Shown here: one piece after another, positions 8,887 through 15,517 of the stretch | Layout: each line of letters begins with the position of its first letter | Numbering within the stretch: position 1 is the first letter of the stretch | Virus record (IMG/VR): IMGVR_UViG_3300025647_000214 | Coordinates: 1 to 27,320 of that record | Source: a virus | Taxonomy: Duplodnaviria; Caudoviricetes | Length of the DNA: 27,320 nucleotides | Strand: one strand, 5' to 3' | Program-made: the position numbers and the translations under genes | Notes under the pieces: generated by a model | Told to the model about the DNA's origin: nothing | Databases searched by the model: none | What the model saw: the letters and a program-made list of their open reading frames with translations, nothing else

Positions 8887-9081
8887 CTCAAGCCGTTCTT
8901 TAACCCGAAACCATTCCGCAAGCTGCTCCTTGTTGTACCGCCTTGCGTTGTCATTAAGTGGGCCACCAATACAATAAATTTGCCCGAGCGCCCTGTCTAT
9001 CCTGCCCTGCAACTCAATTGTCAGCAGTTTCAATTCGGCAATTTCTTTTGCCTGCCGCGCTATCAGTTCTGCATCCGTCAT
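8881..9081 (-). CDS. Hypothetical cassette protein (66 aa, 'CIGGPLNDN' motif)
   Basis: ATG lies in the A6 R'' box, RBS in the A6 L'' box, TAA in the A5 R' box. Confidence 0.8.
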   Translation of the reverse strand: MTDAELIARQAKEIAELKLLTIELQGRIDRALGQIYCIGGPLNDNARRYNKEQLAEWFRVKERLES

Positions 9082-9137
9082 AACAGTTTCCTCAATTTTG
9101 ACTCCGCTTCGCTACGCAAATTAGGTAGCGGTTAGTG
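9078..9137 (+). repeat. attC site A6 (60 bp)
   Basis: TCATAAC AGTTT CCT[C]AATT...AATTAGG TAGCG GTTAGTG. Confidence 0.88.
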
Positions 9138-9371
9138 TGCCCACCAATCCCCTTCATAGGGTGGCCAGCCCTCCTCATCAAGCACAATCCCAGCTTGTTC
9201 ATAGTGCCCGCATCGACAATATTGCTGCGCCGTTTTTAGTCCAACCAAACCAGACACCTCCCAGTGCCCGCTCTCCATTGTGTCCTGTACCCACCACCGC
9301 ACACGAAACAGATCAGGCACACTAACTTTTTCGCCTTCTGCTGGTTCAGTTTGTTCGTTCACGTTTGTCAT
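9132..9371 (-). CDS. Hypothetical cassette protein (79 aa)
   Basis: GAGGA RBS; TAA in the A6 R' box; N-terminus encoded within degenerate site A7. Confidence 0.7.
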   Translation of the reverse strand: MTNVNEQTEPAEGEKVSVPDLFRVRWWVQDTMESGHWEVSGLVGLKTAQQYCRCGHYEQAGIVLDEEGWPPYEGDWWAH

Positions 9372-9430
9372 GGTTTCAATTCCTCATTACCGTTAGAAAG
9401 GTAAATTACCTCTGAATCGCAGTGTTAGCT
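9320..9430 (+). repeat. Degenerate attC-like site A7
   Basis: R'' (GGCA)CACTAAC and R' GTTAGCT both match the neighbouring cores, but L boxes are not clearly paired. Confidence 0.5.
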
Positions 9431-9754
9431 GTTTTCTGCTTTGTACAGCTCATAGCAGCTAGATTTTGTCCAATAATAAATGCCATCAACTTGCGTGTAG
9501 CCATGAGCACCTTCTGGGGCCAAAAAGTCTGATGATCTCACTCTAAACCCGGCCTTGTTTTGCTTTATTTCTGGGTCAAGCTCCATGGGCCCAAGGTTTC
9601 CCCACTCCTCACAATGCAGTCTAACCGGGCTTTGCTTCTCTTTCGGCAGCCAGGTTTCTCCGCCCAATATATATCTAATACCCTTTGGCGGCTGTGGCTC
9701 AATCACAGCTAACAAGTCGCTCAACACGGACTCACTACAATTCGTTTCACTCAT
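9425..9754 (-). CDS. Hypothetical cassette protein (109 aa)
   Basis: RBS, ATG and the first ~16 codons lie inside A8; TAA in the A7 R' box. Confidence 0.75.
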   Translation of the reverse strand: MSETNCSESVLSDLLAVIEPQPPKGIRYILGGETWLPKEKQSPVRLHCEEWGNLGPMELDPEIKQNKAGFRVRSSDFLAPEGAHGYTQVDGIYYWTKSSCYELYKAENS

Positions 9755-9784
9755 TTCCGTTCTCCGGTTAGCTCAGGGTTATGC
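9707..9784 (+). repeat. attC site A8 (78 bp)
   Basis: AGCTAAC AAGTC GCT[C]AAC[A]CGGA...TCCGGTTAGC TCAGG GTTATGC. Confidence 0.92.
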
Positions 9785-9868
9785 CGGTTACGTCTCCGGC
9801 GCAGAATCCGCTCTGCCGTGGCTGTAGGCAACGCGCCCGCTGTGCGGTGCTGGGGTCATCGGCCAACA

Positions 9869-10087
9869 CTACCTGCTAATTCCAATATGGTCATTGGCTT
9901 CGGCCAGGCACGCTCTCCAATGTTTGCGGTCATCAGGGGAGCATGTGCGCAGATTTTCTTCGGCCAACGATTTTCTTTCCACCCAATCAACTGTCGGGGT
10001 TTTCGAGTGCGGGTCTACTGCTTCGCAATAATCCAGACACTCACAATCTGGGTGTATGCATTTGTCTATCATGTCTGTCTCCGGCAT
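9869..10087 (-). CDS. Hypothetical Cys-rich cassette protein (72 aa)
   Basis: ATG in the A9 R'' box; 'CIHPDCECLDYC'. Confidence 0.6.
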   Translation of the reverse strand: MPETDMIDKCIHPDCECLDYCEAVDPHSKTPTVDWVERKSLAEENLRTCSPDDRKHWRACLAEANDHIGISR

Positions 10088-10143
10088 AACAATTCACAGC
10101 ACGCGGACTCCGCTACGCTCCGCCCGTGTGCTCAGGGTTATGC
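10084..10143 (+). repeat. attC site A9 (60 bp)
   Basis: GCATAAC AATTC ACA[G]CACG[C]GG...CCCGTGTGC TCAGG GTTATGC. Confidence 0.88.
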
Positions 10144-10374
10144 GCTCTCCTGGCTAACCTTTATCGTGTATTCCAGAGTACCATCGGGCCTTCGTATCTC
10201 AATTGCCTTACCCGTCTTCTCACCAAAATGAACTGCATGTTCCGCAACAGCAACCAGCGCTTCAATCGTCACATCCTGTTTGTTCGCTCCCCATGTTCGA
10301 CCGTCTTTCAAAACTGTTCCTACAAAAATAGTTCCGGTGAGCGGGCTTGTTGCTACGTGTAAATTTCTGTTCAT
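10138..10374 (-). CDS. Small conserved phage protein ('SPLTGTIF.G...K.DVT')
   Basis: Motif common in phage early regions; TAA in the A9 R' box. Confidence 0.75.
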   Translation of the reverse strand: MNRNLHVATSPLTGTIFVGTVLKDGRTWGANKQDVTIEALVAVAEHAVHFGEKTGKAIEIRRPDGTLEYTIKVSQESA

Positions 10375-10568
10375 TTATTTAACTCCCCCACCACGAACAT
10401 CTGGTGGCAGCCAAATGTCAGTATTCCATACTTAAAATAGCCATTGTCCTGACACTCGTTAACTATCTCTTGCTTCCCCCTATCCTTTAGCTCTTGTATA
10501 TCTGCATCAAAATCACTACAGGCTGTTAGGAGTAGGGCGGTTAGTATTAGTAATGGTTTCATATCCAT
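10371..10568 (-). CDS. Putative lipoprotein
   Basis: Signal peptide with lipobox LTAC. Confidence 0.65.
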   Translation of the reverse strand: MDMKPLLILTALLLTACSDFDADIQELKDRGKQEIVNECQDNGYFKYGILTFGCHQMFVVGELNK

Positions 10569-10571
10569 GCC

Positions 10572-11006
10572 TCAGAATGTAACGTCAGACCAAGCTCTGC
10601 CGTATTTGATGTCACTTATAAGGCCAGGAGATACTCCATACTCTTCTGCTAGCTTTCCCCTCTGGCCCCACTTAATAGACTGAAGCTTTTGTTTTATTTC
10701 TTTGGCTTGGGTTACCGTTAATTTGGCTCCTTCTCCGCGCCGACAGTTTGTTTGCTGACTAACCACATCAAGATGTTTTGGGTTGACGCAAACTCTGTTT
10801 CCGCACAAATGATCTATAACCATTTCCTGTGGGATGTGGCCAACAAAGATGGAGTAAACCCATCTATGAGCAAGGAGTGTTTTTCCTCCTAACTGCTTAT
10901 GCCCATACCCTGTCGCCTTGTTAACTTTTCCCTGCCAGTCCCAGCATTCACCAAGGCTTTCAGGGATATTAATTAACGGCTTGATTATTTCCCCTACCTG
11001 CCTCAA
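10572..11006 (-). CDS. HNH endonuclease with C-terminal HTH
   Basis: 'CWDWQG...GYG...AHRWVY...[16 protein letters not shown]...N'. Confidence 0.9.
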   Translation of the reverse strand: MRQVGEIIKPLINIPESLGECWDWQGKVNKATGYGHKQLGGKTLLAHRWVYSIFVGHIPQEMVIDHLCGNRVCVNPKHLDVVSQQTNCRRGEGAKLTVTQAKEIKQKLQSIKWGQRGKLAEEYGVSPGLISDIKYGRAWSDVTF

Positions 11007-11449
11007 AACGGAATCTCAGAGTCGTCGAAATTAGCTGGCGACTCTGCTGGTTGGTGGTCGCCGTCACCATTCACGTTCGGCGGGGAACTCCCCGCCCCAG
11101 AGCCAGCATCTCCACGCGAATCCAACATCTGCATCTCACTGGCTACAACCTCAGTGGTGTATCTATCAGCGCCGCTTTGGTCTTGCCACTTTCTTGTTCT
11201 AAGCGAACCTTCGATATAAACCTTGGAGCCTTTCTTTAAATACTCGCCCGCTATTTCTGCCAGACGGTTAAAGAAAACTACTCTGTGCCATTCGGTACGT
11301 TCCTGCTGTTGTCCGGTCTGCTTATCCTTCCATGACTCAGATGTTGCTATGGTTATATTGGTAACAGCGTTACCGCTTGGCATAGCTTTTTTCTCTGGGT
11401 CATTGCCGAGGTTTCCTACTAGAATGACTTTGTTAATTCCGCGTGCCAT
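11003..11449 (-). CDS. ssb: Single-stranded DNA-binding protein
   Basis: '[19 protein letters not shown]...TEWHRVVFF...[19 protein letters not shown]', acidic tail ending DDSEIPF. Confidence 0.97.
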   Translation of the reverse strand: MARGINKVILVGNLGNDPEKKAMPSGNAVTNITIATSESWKDKQTGQQQERTEWHRVVFFNRLAEIAGEYLKKGSKVYIEGSLRTRKWQDQSGADRYTTEVVASEMQMLDSRGDAGSGAGSSPPNVNGDGDHQPAESPANFDDSEIPF

Positions 11450-11458
11450 GTGTGCTCC

Positions 11459-11953
11459 TTATTTAATTCTCAAGCTAGTTTTTGATTTTTCTATTCTTGC
11501 GCCAGGTACATCAGTGCCAGCCTTTAACCGCTTTAATATTTCGCGCTTGTCTGGCTTGCTAATAACGGAGACTTCTACCAGTTCATCAGGAATAAGATCC
11601 TCGTCTTCAATGAAAACAACGTCCCTTCCTTTGGCCAAAGTAATGGCAAACAGTGGACACTCGATCTTTATTATCCCAGATGCCTCCATATTGCCTCTAA
11701 GGTACTCGCGGATAGAATCTCGCCTATTAGCTAGGGCTGTTTTTCTCTTGGTTAGGCGTTGAATCTCGCGGTCTACGGAATCAACATCTGACTGCATGTT
11801 TTCGATCACATGAACCACTGACAAAGCCTTCTCTTTGAATTCGCCCTCAAGCGCCTCGAAAGTATCCGCAATTGCCTCGGCTGTAATTTCTTCAGAGTCG
11901 GCCAGTACTTGAAGCTCTCTATGCTGCTCTGTTATCTGATACAGATGCGTCAT
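11459..11953 (-). CDS. Siphovirus Gp157 family protein
   Basis: 'LY.I...ADTFEALEGEFKEKA...IPDE...PDKREI...LKAG.DVPGARIE...LRIK'. Confidence 0.85.
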   Translation of the reverse strand: MTHLYQITEQHRELQVLADSEEITAEAIADTFEALEGEFKEKALSVVHVIENMQSDVDSVDREIQRLTKRKTALANRRDSIREYLRGNMEASGIIKIECPLFAITLAKGRDVVFIEDEDLIPDELVEVSVISKPDKREILKRLKAGTDVPGARIEKSKTSLRIK

Positions 11954-12620
11954 TTCCAGCCTCCAGCTCTAGTTTTCTTGCGTCTTTTGCGTCAGTGAAA
12001 ACTTTAACCGCCACAATATCTTTAGTTATTCCAGCCTTCCTAATCAACGACTGGTAAATACCCTTTAGTTCGCCAAGGCTGATAGCTGTGCTTATTGTGT
12101 TAACAGACTTATCAACCCATTCTTTGTACTGGGCTTCCTGCTTGGCTTTTTCTTCTAGTTTGTTCTCTGCTTTTTCTAGCGCGTATTGATTCTGCACAAC
12201 CTCGACATAATCAGGGTTATCAAATTCACCAAGAAAAACATCAGCACTAAAGCCAAGCTTAGAAAGAGCCTTGCTCATCGTGTTTGTTTCAGCTTTCTTG
12301 GCAAATTCTGGGTCAACCCTAGCCTTGTCCCCAGAGCCAAGCTTTACTGGCCATGAGTTGTTAATAGGGAAGGTGTGACGCTCGCCTAACACATAGAAGA
12401 ATACAGCTCTAACAACCACGAGGCCGGTAGCTTCTAGCTGGCTAAAATCAAGATCACATGATTCGAACCCCCATCCAGATCCGTAGGGGCCAAGGTGCTC
12501 TGTCGCTTCTTTGATTTGGTATTGGGGGGCAATGGAGGTATACCCGCCACGCTGGGCAACGTGCTTTGTATAATCCGGGTCGGTTTTGCAAACCTTTTCC
12601 CATAAATCTAGATTAGCCAT
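11919..12620 (-). CDS. Putative Rad52/Sak-like ssDNA annealing recombinase
   Basis: 'KTDP.YTK...GG..I.PQY.I..ATE..GP.G.GWG...K.LS.LGFSADVF'; context next to Gp157 and ssb. Confidence 0.6.
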   Translation of the reverse strand: MANLDLWEKVCKTDPDYTKHVAQRGGYTSIAPQYQIKEATEHLGPYGSGWGFESCDLDFSQLEATGLVVVRAVFFYVLGERHTFPINNSWPVKLGSGDKARVDPEFAKKAETNTMSKALSKLGFSADVFLGEFDNPDYVEVVQNQYALEKAENKLEEKAKQEAQYKEWVDKSVNTISTAISLGELKGIYQSLIRKAGITKDIVAVKVFTDAKDARKLELEAGNDASVSDNRAA

Positions 12621-12652
12621 TGTTCTCTCCTATAGGCTCACTTGTGCCTTTG

Positions 12653-12913
12653 TTAAAACTTTGGAACCTTGTGCAAAACATCTAGGCAAATTTCTTCGGC
12701 CTTTTGCAGCTCCGCTTTTATTTCTTCAAGCGTTTCTGCTTGCTTACAGTTATTGTTAATCAGCCAGTTAACGCACCAGCTCAACCGAGGGAAGAAATGG
12801 TCTCTGGTATGACTTTTATCATTACCGTCTTTGTCTTTTCCTAAGTAAGTCTCTGTGATAATCCAGTTATACTTGTCGGTGCTAACTGAATACTTTTCAT
12901 CTATTTTCATCAC
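12653..12913 (-). CDS. Phage hypothetical protein
   Basis: ORF coupled to the upstream gene in the early-left operon. Confidence 0.7.
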   Translation of the reverse strand: MMKIDEKYSVSTDKYNWIITETYLGKDKDGNDKSHTRDHFFPRLSWCVNWLINNNCKQAETLEEIKAELQKAEEICLDVLHKVPKF

Positions 12914-13164
12914 GCTACACCGTTATGGCTAGGATGCCTTAACCCTTTCAAACCGTCGTTGTAGGCGGCTTGCGCTAGGTAATAGGGTGGCCGTTCTTCT
13001 TCGCAGCGTGCTACCGCCAGATTGATATATCTTTCCGCATTTCTTACATGGTCGGGTGTTACTGCCGTCGCTCTCACGCGGCCCGCTTTAAACATTGCCT
13101 CTATGCTTTTTTTGTATTTCATCCGACATCGCTCCATGTATCTGCTAACAAATGATTTACGCAT
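12910..13164 (-). CDS. Phage hypothetical protein
   Basis: GAGGA RBS; overlapping operon structure. Confidence 0.6.
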   Translation of the reverse strand: MRKSFVSRYMERCRMKYKKSIEAMFKAGRVRATAVTPDHVRNAERYINLAVARCEEERPPYYLAQAAYNDGLKGLRHPSHNGVA

Positions 13165-13511
13165 TCCTCAATTCTTTGCGCCCATGACTGCTGGTCTTGT
13201 GGGTTGTTGTGAGGCCGTCTAAATGCGTTTCTAAGCAACTCTTTCTCTGTCTCTGCCTTATCCTTAGGGGACGTGTAAAGCTGCATAATGGTGTCTTTAG
13301 CCATCGTGTTATCAAGCATGGCGTTGTGGTAAACATCTTCGAGTAGGTGGGCTGGCATGTTGGCAAACCAGACTTCTATATAGTTGTCTGTTTGCTTGTC
13401 ATCCATTTTGGCGAAGTTCAACAAATCATAAGAACCGTGATAGCTGTGTATCTTCTCGATGATTGGATAAGCTACTTCTTGGTCAGTATGTGGTAGCTCT
13501 TTTAATCTCAT
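13119..13511 (-). CDS. First gene of the PL operon, hypothetical
   Basis: GGAG/GGGG RBS just downstream of PL. Confidence 0.7.
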   Translation of the reverse strand: MRLKELPHTDQEVAYPIIEKIHSYHGSYDLLNFAKMDDKQTDNYIEVWFANMPAHLLEDVYHNAMLDNTMAKDTIMQLYTSPKDKAETEKELLRNAFRRPHNNPQDQQSWAQRIEECVNHLLADTWSDVG

Positions 13512-13543
13512 TTCCCCATCTCCGTTTAGGCTGGTATGGGGTA

Positions 13544-13585
13544 ATATTAGTTTAGCTAATTATATTAGTCAATAGTTTTACTAAT
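13544..13585 (-). promoter_or_regulatory. PL promoter with two operators (OL)
   Basis: TTGACT-17bp-TAATAT on the minus strand; operators ATTAGTTTAGCTAAT (13546-13560) and AATAGTTTTACTAAT (13571-13585). Confidence 0.85.
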
Positions 13586-13647
13586 AATTATTTTAATGGG
13601 TTGGTGGTAGAGTTGAAGCTGCACTGATAGGCAAAGAGGGTCGATGG

Positions 13648-13800
13648 ATGATAAGGAAATATTTGTTGTTAGTGCTGGCGGTTTCTTTCCCATGTGTGGG
13701 GGAGGAGGCTGATTTGTTGCATAGAGGGCGCTGGAGAATTAACCAGGCAATCCAAGGTCTGCGTTACGCCCATTTCTCCACCAAGGCTCTCTTGCGATAG
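13648..13800 (+). pseudogene. N-terminal remnant of a secreted protein convergent on cI
   Basis: GAGGG RBS; MIRKYLLLVLAVSFPCVGEEAD signal-peptide-like start, running into cI antisense at about 13755. Confidence 0.45.
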
Positions 13801-13899
13801 ACCGGGATCGGACTTTTTGGCCGCGAGGTAGTGGCGCTTAATAAAAGCCCCTTCGCGTTTTTTCTCTTCTGTGGTCGTGCCACGCTTAGTTGTCGTCAT
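13669..13899 (-). pseudogene. cI: Truncated lambda CI-like repressor
   Basis: MTTTKRGTTTEEKKREGAFIKRHYLAAKKSDPGLSQESLGGEMGVTQ resembles the lambda CI N-terminus; similarity stops at the recognition helix; no S24 domain. Confidence 0.8.
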
Positions 13900-13909
13900 G
13901 TCTCTCATT

Positions 13910-13976
13910 ATTAGCCAACCTAATATACTATTCAATTAGCAAAACTATTGACGACCTTAATTAGTTAAACTAATAT
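13910..13976 (+). promoter_or_regulatory. OR region: three 15-bp operators and PR
   Basis: ATTAG-N5-CTAAT/CTATT at 13910, 13935 and 13960 (25-bp period); PR TTGACG-17bp-TAATAT (13948-13976). Confidence 0.88.
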
Positions 13977-13983
13977 AGGTCAC

Positions 13984-14169
13984 ATGAGAGAAATAACACT
14001 TAAGCAGTTCTGCGAAGAGCGGTCACAAACTGAAGCCGCTGAAGTCATGGGTGTAACCCAGGGCGCGGTTTCCTTAATGATCAAAGCAAAGAGAGAAATC
14101 TTCTTCGTAATAGAGGCTAGCGGGCCTTCTTTTTACGAAATTAAACGTGGCAGGAGGACTGCCGCTTAG
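13984..14169 (+). CDS. cro: Cro repressor (lambda Cro family)
   Basis: 'ITLKQF...QTEAAEVMGVTQGAVSLMIKAKREIF'; divergent from cI. Confidence 0.9.
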   Translation: MREITLKQFCEERSQTEAAEVMGVTQGAVSLMIKAKREIFFVIEASGPSFYEIKRGRRTAA

Positions 14170-14281
14170 AGCCTTTTAGCCACCTGTTTAGCCATTTGGT
14201 TGCCATCCTCTCCCAAATGGAATTGCACTAGACAAGTATCTAAAGAGTTTTCAAAAGTTTTCTGGTACTTCAAATAACCAG

Positions 14282-14789
14282 AGTTTTTTAACAATTGGAT
14301 AGATAGATTAATTGGGTTTTATCTCATGAACTCCGCTCCAGTCGAGAGTAGAAAGTAGGGGTTGAAGCCCGCTCATTAGTGCGTCAATGGAGATTAGATA
14401 TGACATCTGAACTTGACCAACAAATAAGTTTAAAAGCACTTCTCGATTATCGGGGACCATGGAAACTGAGACATGACTTACCGGAAGGTGTCGGCTTGGC
14501 CCCGTTAGCTCATGAATCGCTAAATTCGGGTCTTGTGACCACTGCGCGGCGAGTGTTAAGGCCTGTTCAAGGATCAGTCCTAGTGCCTCTGGATTAACAA
14601 GGCTTCCCGAAATGTTTTTTTTCGTGTCAGCAACCATCATTACTTTCACTTTAGGGTTGTCGGTTGCCTCAAATACAAAATCAGTCATGCCGCAGACTTC
14701 AATCTGTTTAGTCACGATGTATCTCCTTATATCTATGTGGAGAGTAAGTGTTACCAACCATTATCTATCTGTCCAGTTGTTAAAAAACT
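14282..14789. repeat. 27-bp inverted repeats (14282-14308 and 14763-14789, 2 mismatches) flanking an antisense gene
   Basis: ATCTATCTaTCCAaTTGTTAAAAAACT (reverse complement of left copy) versus ATCTATCTgTCCAgTTGTTAAAAAACT. Confidence 0.85.
14308..14757 (-). CDS. Hypothetical moron-like protein, antisense to the PR operon (start uncertain, possibly 14688)
   Basis: Long ORF filling the space between the inverted repeats. Confidence 0.6.
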   Translation of the reverse strand: MVTLTLHIDIRRYIVTKQIEVCGMTDFVFEATDNPKVKVMMVADTKKNISGSLVNPEALGLILEQALTLAAQWSQDPNLAIHELTGPSRHLPVSHVSVSMVPDNREVLLNLFVGQVQMSYLISIDALMSGLQPLLSTLDWSGVHEIKPN

Positions 14790-14830
14790 TTAGTCCCGTA
14801 AGGGGTTTTTATTTAAGTAGTAAAGCGTAA

Positions 14831-14864
14831 GCAAACGTTAGCAAACGAGGGCAAACACATGCAG
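14831..14864 (-). promoter_or_regulatory. Putative CII-binding (PRE-like) site
   Basis: GCAAAC at 14831, 14841 and 14851, giving TTGC-N6-TTGC on the minus strand, at the start of the CII-like gene as in lambda PRE. Confidence 0.55.
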
Positions 14865-15266
14865 ACATCATTGCCATTAATGGGGTGTATTTCTAGTGAA
14901 GTGCGTGAAATGCCTTATGAGGAAATAGCACACCTGCCCACAGAACAAGCGGCTTTCAGGTATTGCATCCGTTACGCAAGAGTACACAGAACACAGCGGG
15001 TAGTTGCTGAGCTTCTTAGCGTTGGCGAGAAAAAGATTATTAGCACTGGTGAGTTGAACTGCATGTTAAACGCAGACAACAACGACCGGCCCAAATACAT
15101 GAGCCGCACCAGACAAATAAAGCTGCAAAAAATATGCGGTAACACAGCTATTGACCAGTGGGCCGAGCTTTACTCGAAGGGGTTGCTGGTTTGTCAGAAG
15201 TCCGTTGACCAACGATTAAAAGAGATTGAACTAGAACGCGCTCAGCTATTAGCGCAAGTAGGATAA
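14859..15266 (+). CDS. CII-like HTH transcription regulator
   Basis: Position between cro and the replication genes; 'TQRVVAELL', 'CGNTAIDQW'. Confidence 0.65.
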   Translation: MQTSLPLMGCISSEVREMPYEEIAHLPTEQAAFRYCIRYARVHRTQRVVAELLSVGEKKIISTGELNCMLNADNNDRPKYMSRTRQIKLQKICGNTAIDQWAELYSKGLLVCQKSVDQRLKEIELERAQLLAQVG

Positions 15267-15277
15267 CCACTCCCTTA

Positions 15278-15301
15278 ACCGCCTTCGGGCGGTCTTTTTT
15301 T
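15278..15301 (+). terminator. Rho-independent terminator
   Basis: ACCGCC-TTCG-GGCGGT hairpin followed by CTTTTTTT. Confidence 0.85.
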
Positions 15302-15311
15302 AGGTGAAATT

Positions 15312-15410
15312 ATGAGACATAGCGAACTAAACGGTTGGTATATGAGCATTAAAAGAATCTGTATTGGTGTGTTGGTTGGGTCATTGTTGCTGGTGTTGAT
15401 CGCGCTATGA
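15312..15410 (+). CDS. 32-aa membrane peptide
   Basis: AGGTG RBS; hydrophobic C-terminus; ATGA coupling to the next ORF. Confidence 0.5.
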   Translation: MRHSELNGWYMSIKRICIGVLVGSLLLVLIAL

Positions 15411-15517
15411 GCTGGTCAGAATACGAGAGAGAAAAGGCCCGTCTGGTTCGTCTTAATCTTCCCTATGAAGTGTATCAGGCAGCTATCAAAGAACTCCTAG
15501 CGAGGCTTAAATTGTGA
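15407..15517 (+). CDS. 36-aa small phage protein (MSWSEYEREKARL...)
   Basis: Translationally coupled at both ends (ATGA, GTGA). Confidence 0.6.
   Translation: MSWSEYEREKARLVRLNLPYEVYQAAIKELLARLKL

Larger units (their letters stand above)
7361..10143 (+). mobile_element. Integrase-less array of integron-type gene cassettes (CALIN-like): 9 attC-like sites, 8 bounded cassettes
   Basis: Repeated NNNTAAC..L''..L'..GTTANNN imperfect palindromes; the R' of each site is complementary to the R'' of the next. Confidence 0.88.

Noticed and set aside
7361-10143. CRISPR array or REP/terminator series
   Set aside because: Repeats are divergent (48-111 bp), separated by whole genes, lack U-tracts, and show attC box anatomy.
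8071-10362. Plus-strand ORFs across the array (8071, 8615, 8704, 9137, 9555, 9818, 10126) as the cassette genes
   Set aside because: Most run through attC sites, they lack clear RBSs, and they shadow better minus-strand genes.
12915-12930. GTTATGGCT as a further attC R' box
   Set aside because: Lies inside a coding region, with no L boxes or partner R''.
13669-13935. Intact 88-aa HTH-only repressor starting at 13935
   Set aside because: That start overlaps the operators, and the HTH breaks at the recognition helix.
14794-14810. TCCC-GTAA-GGGG-TTTTT terminator
   Set aside because: Stem too short to call.
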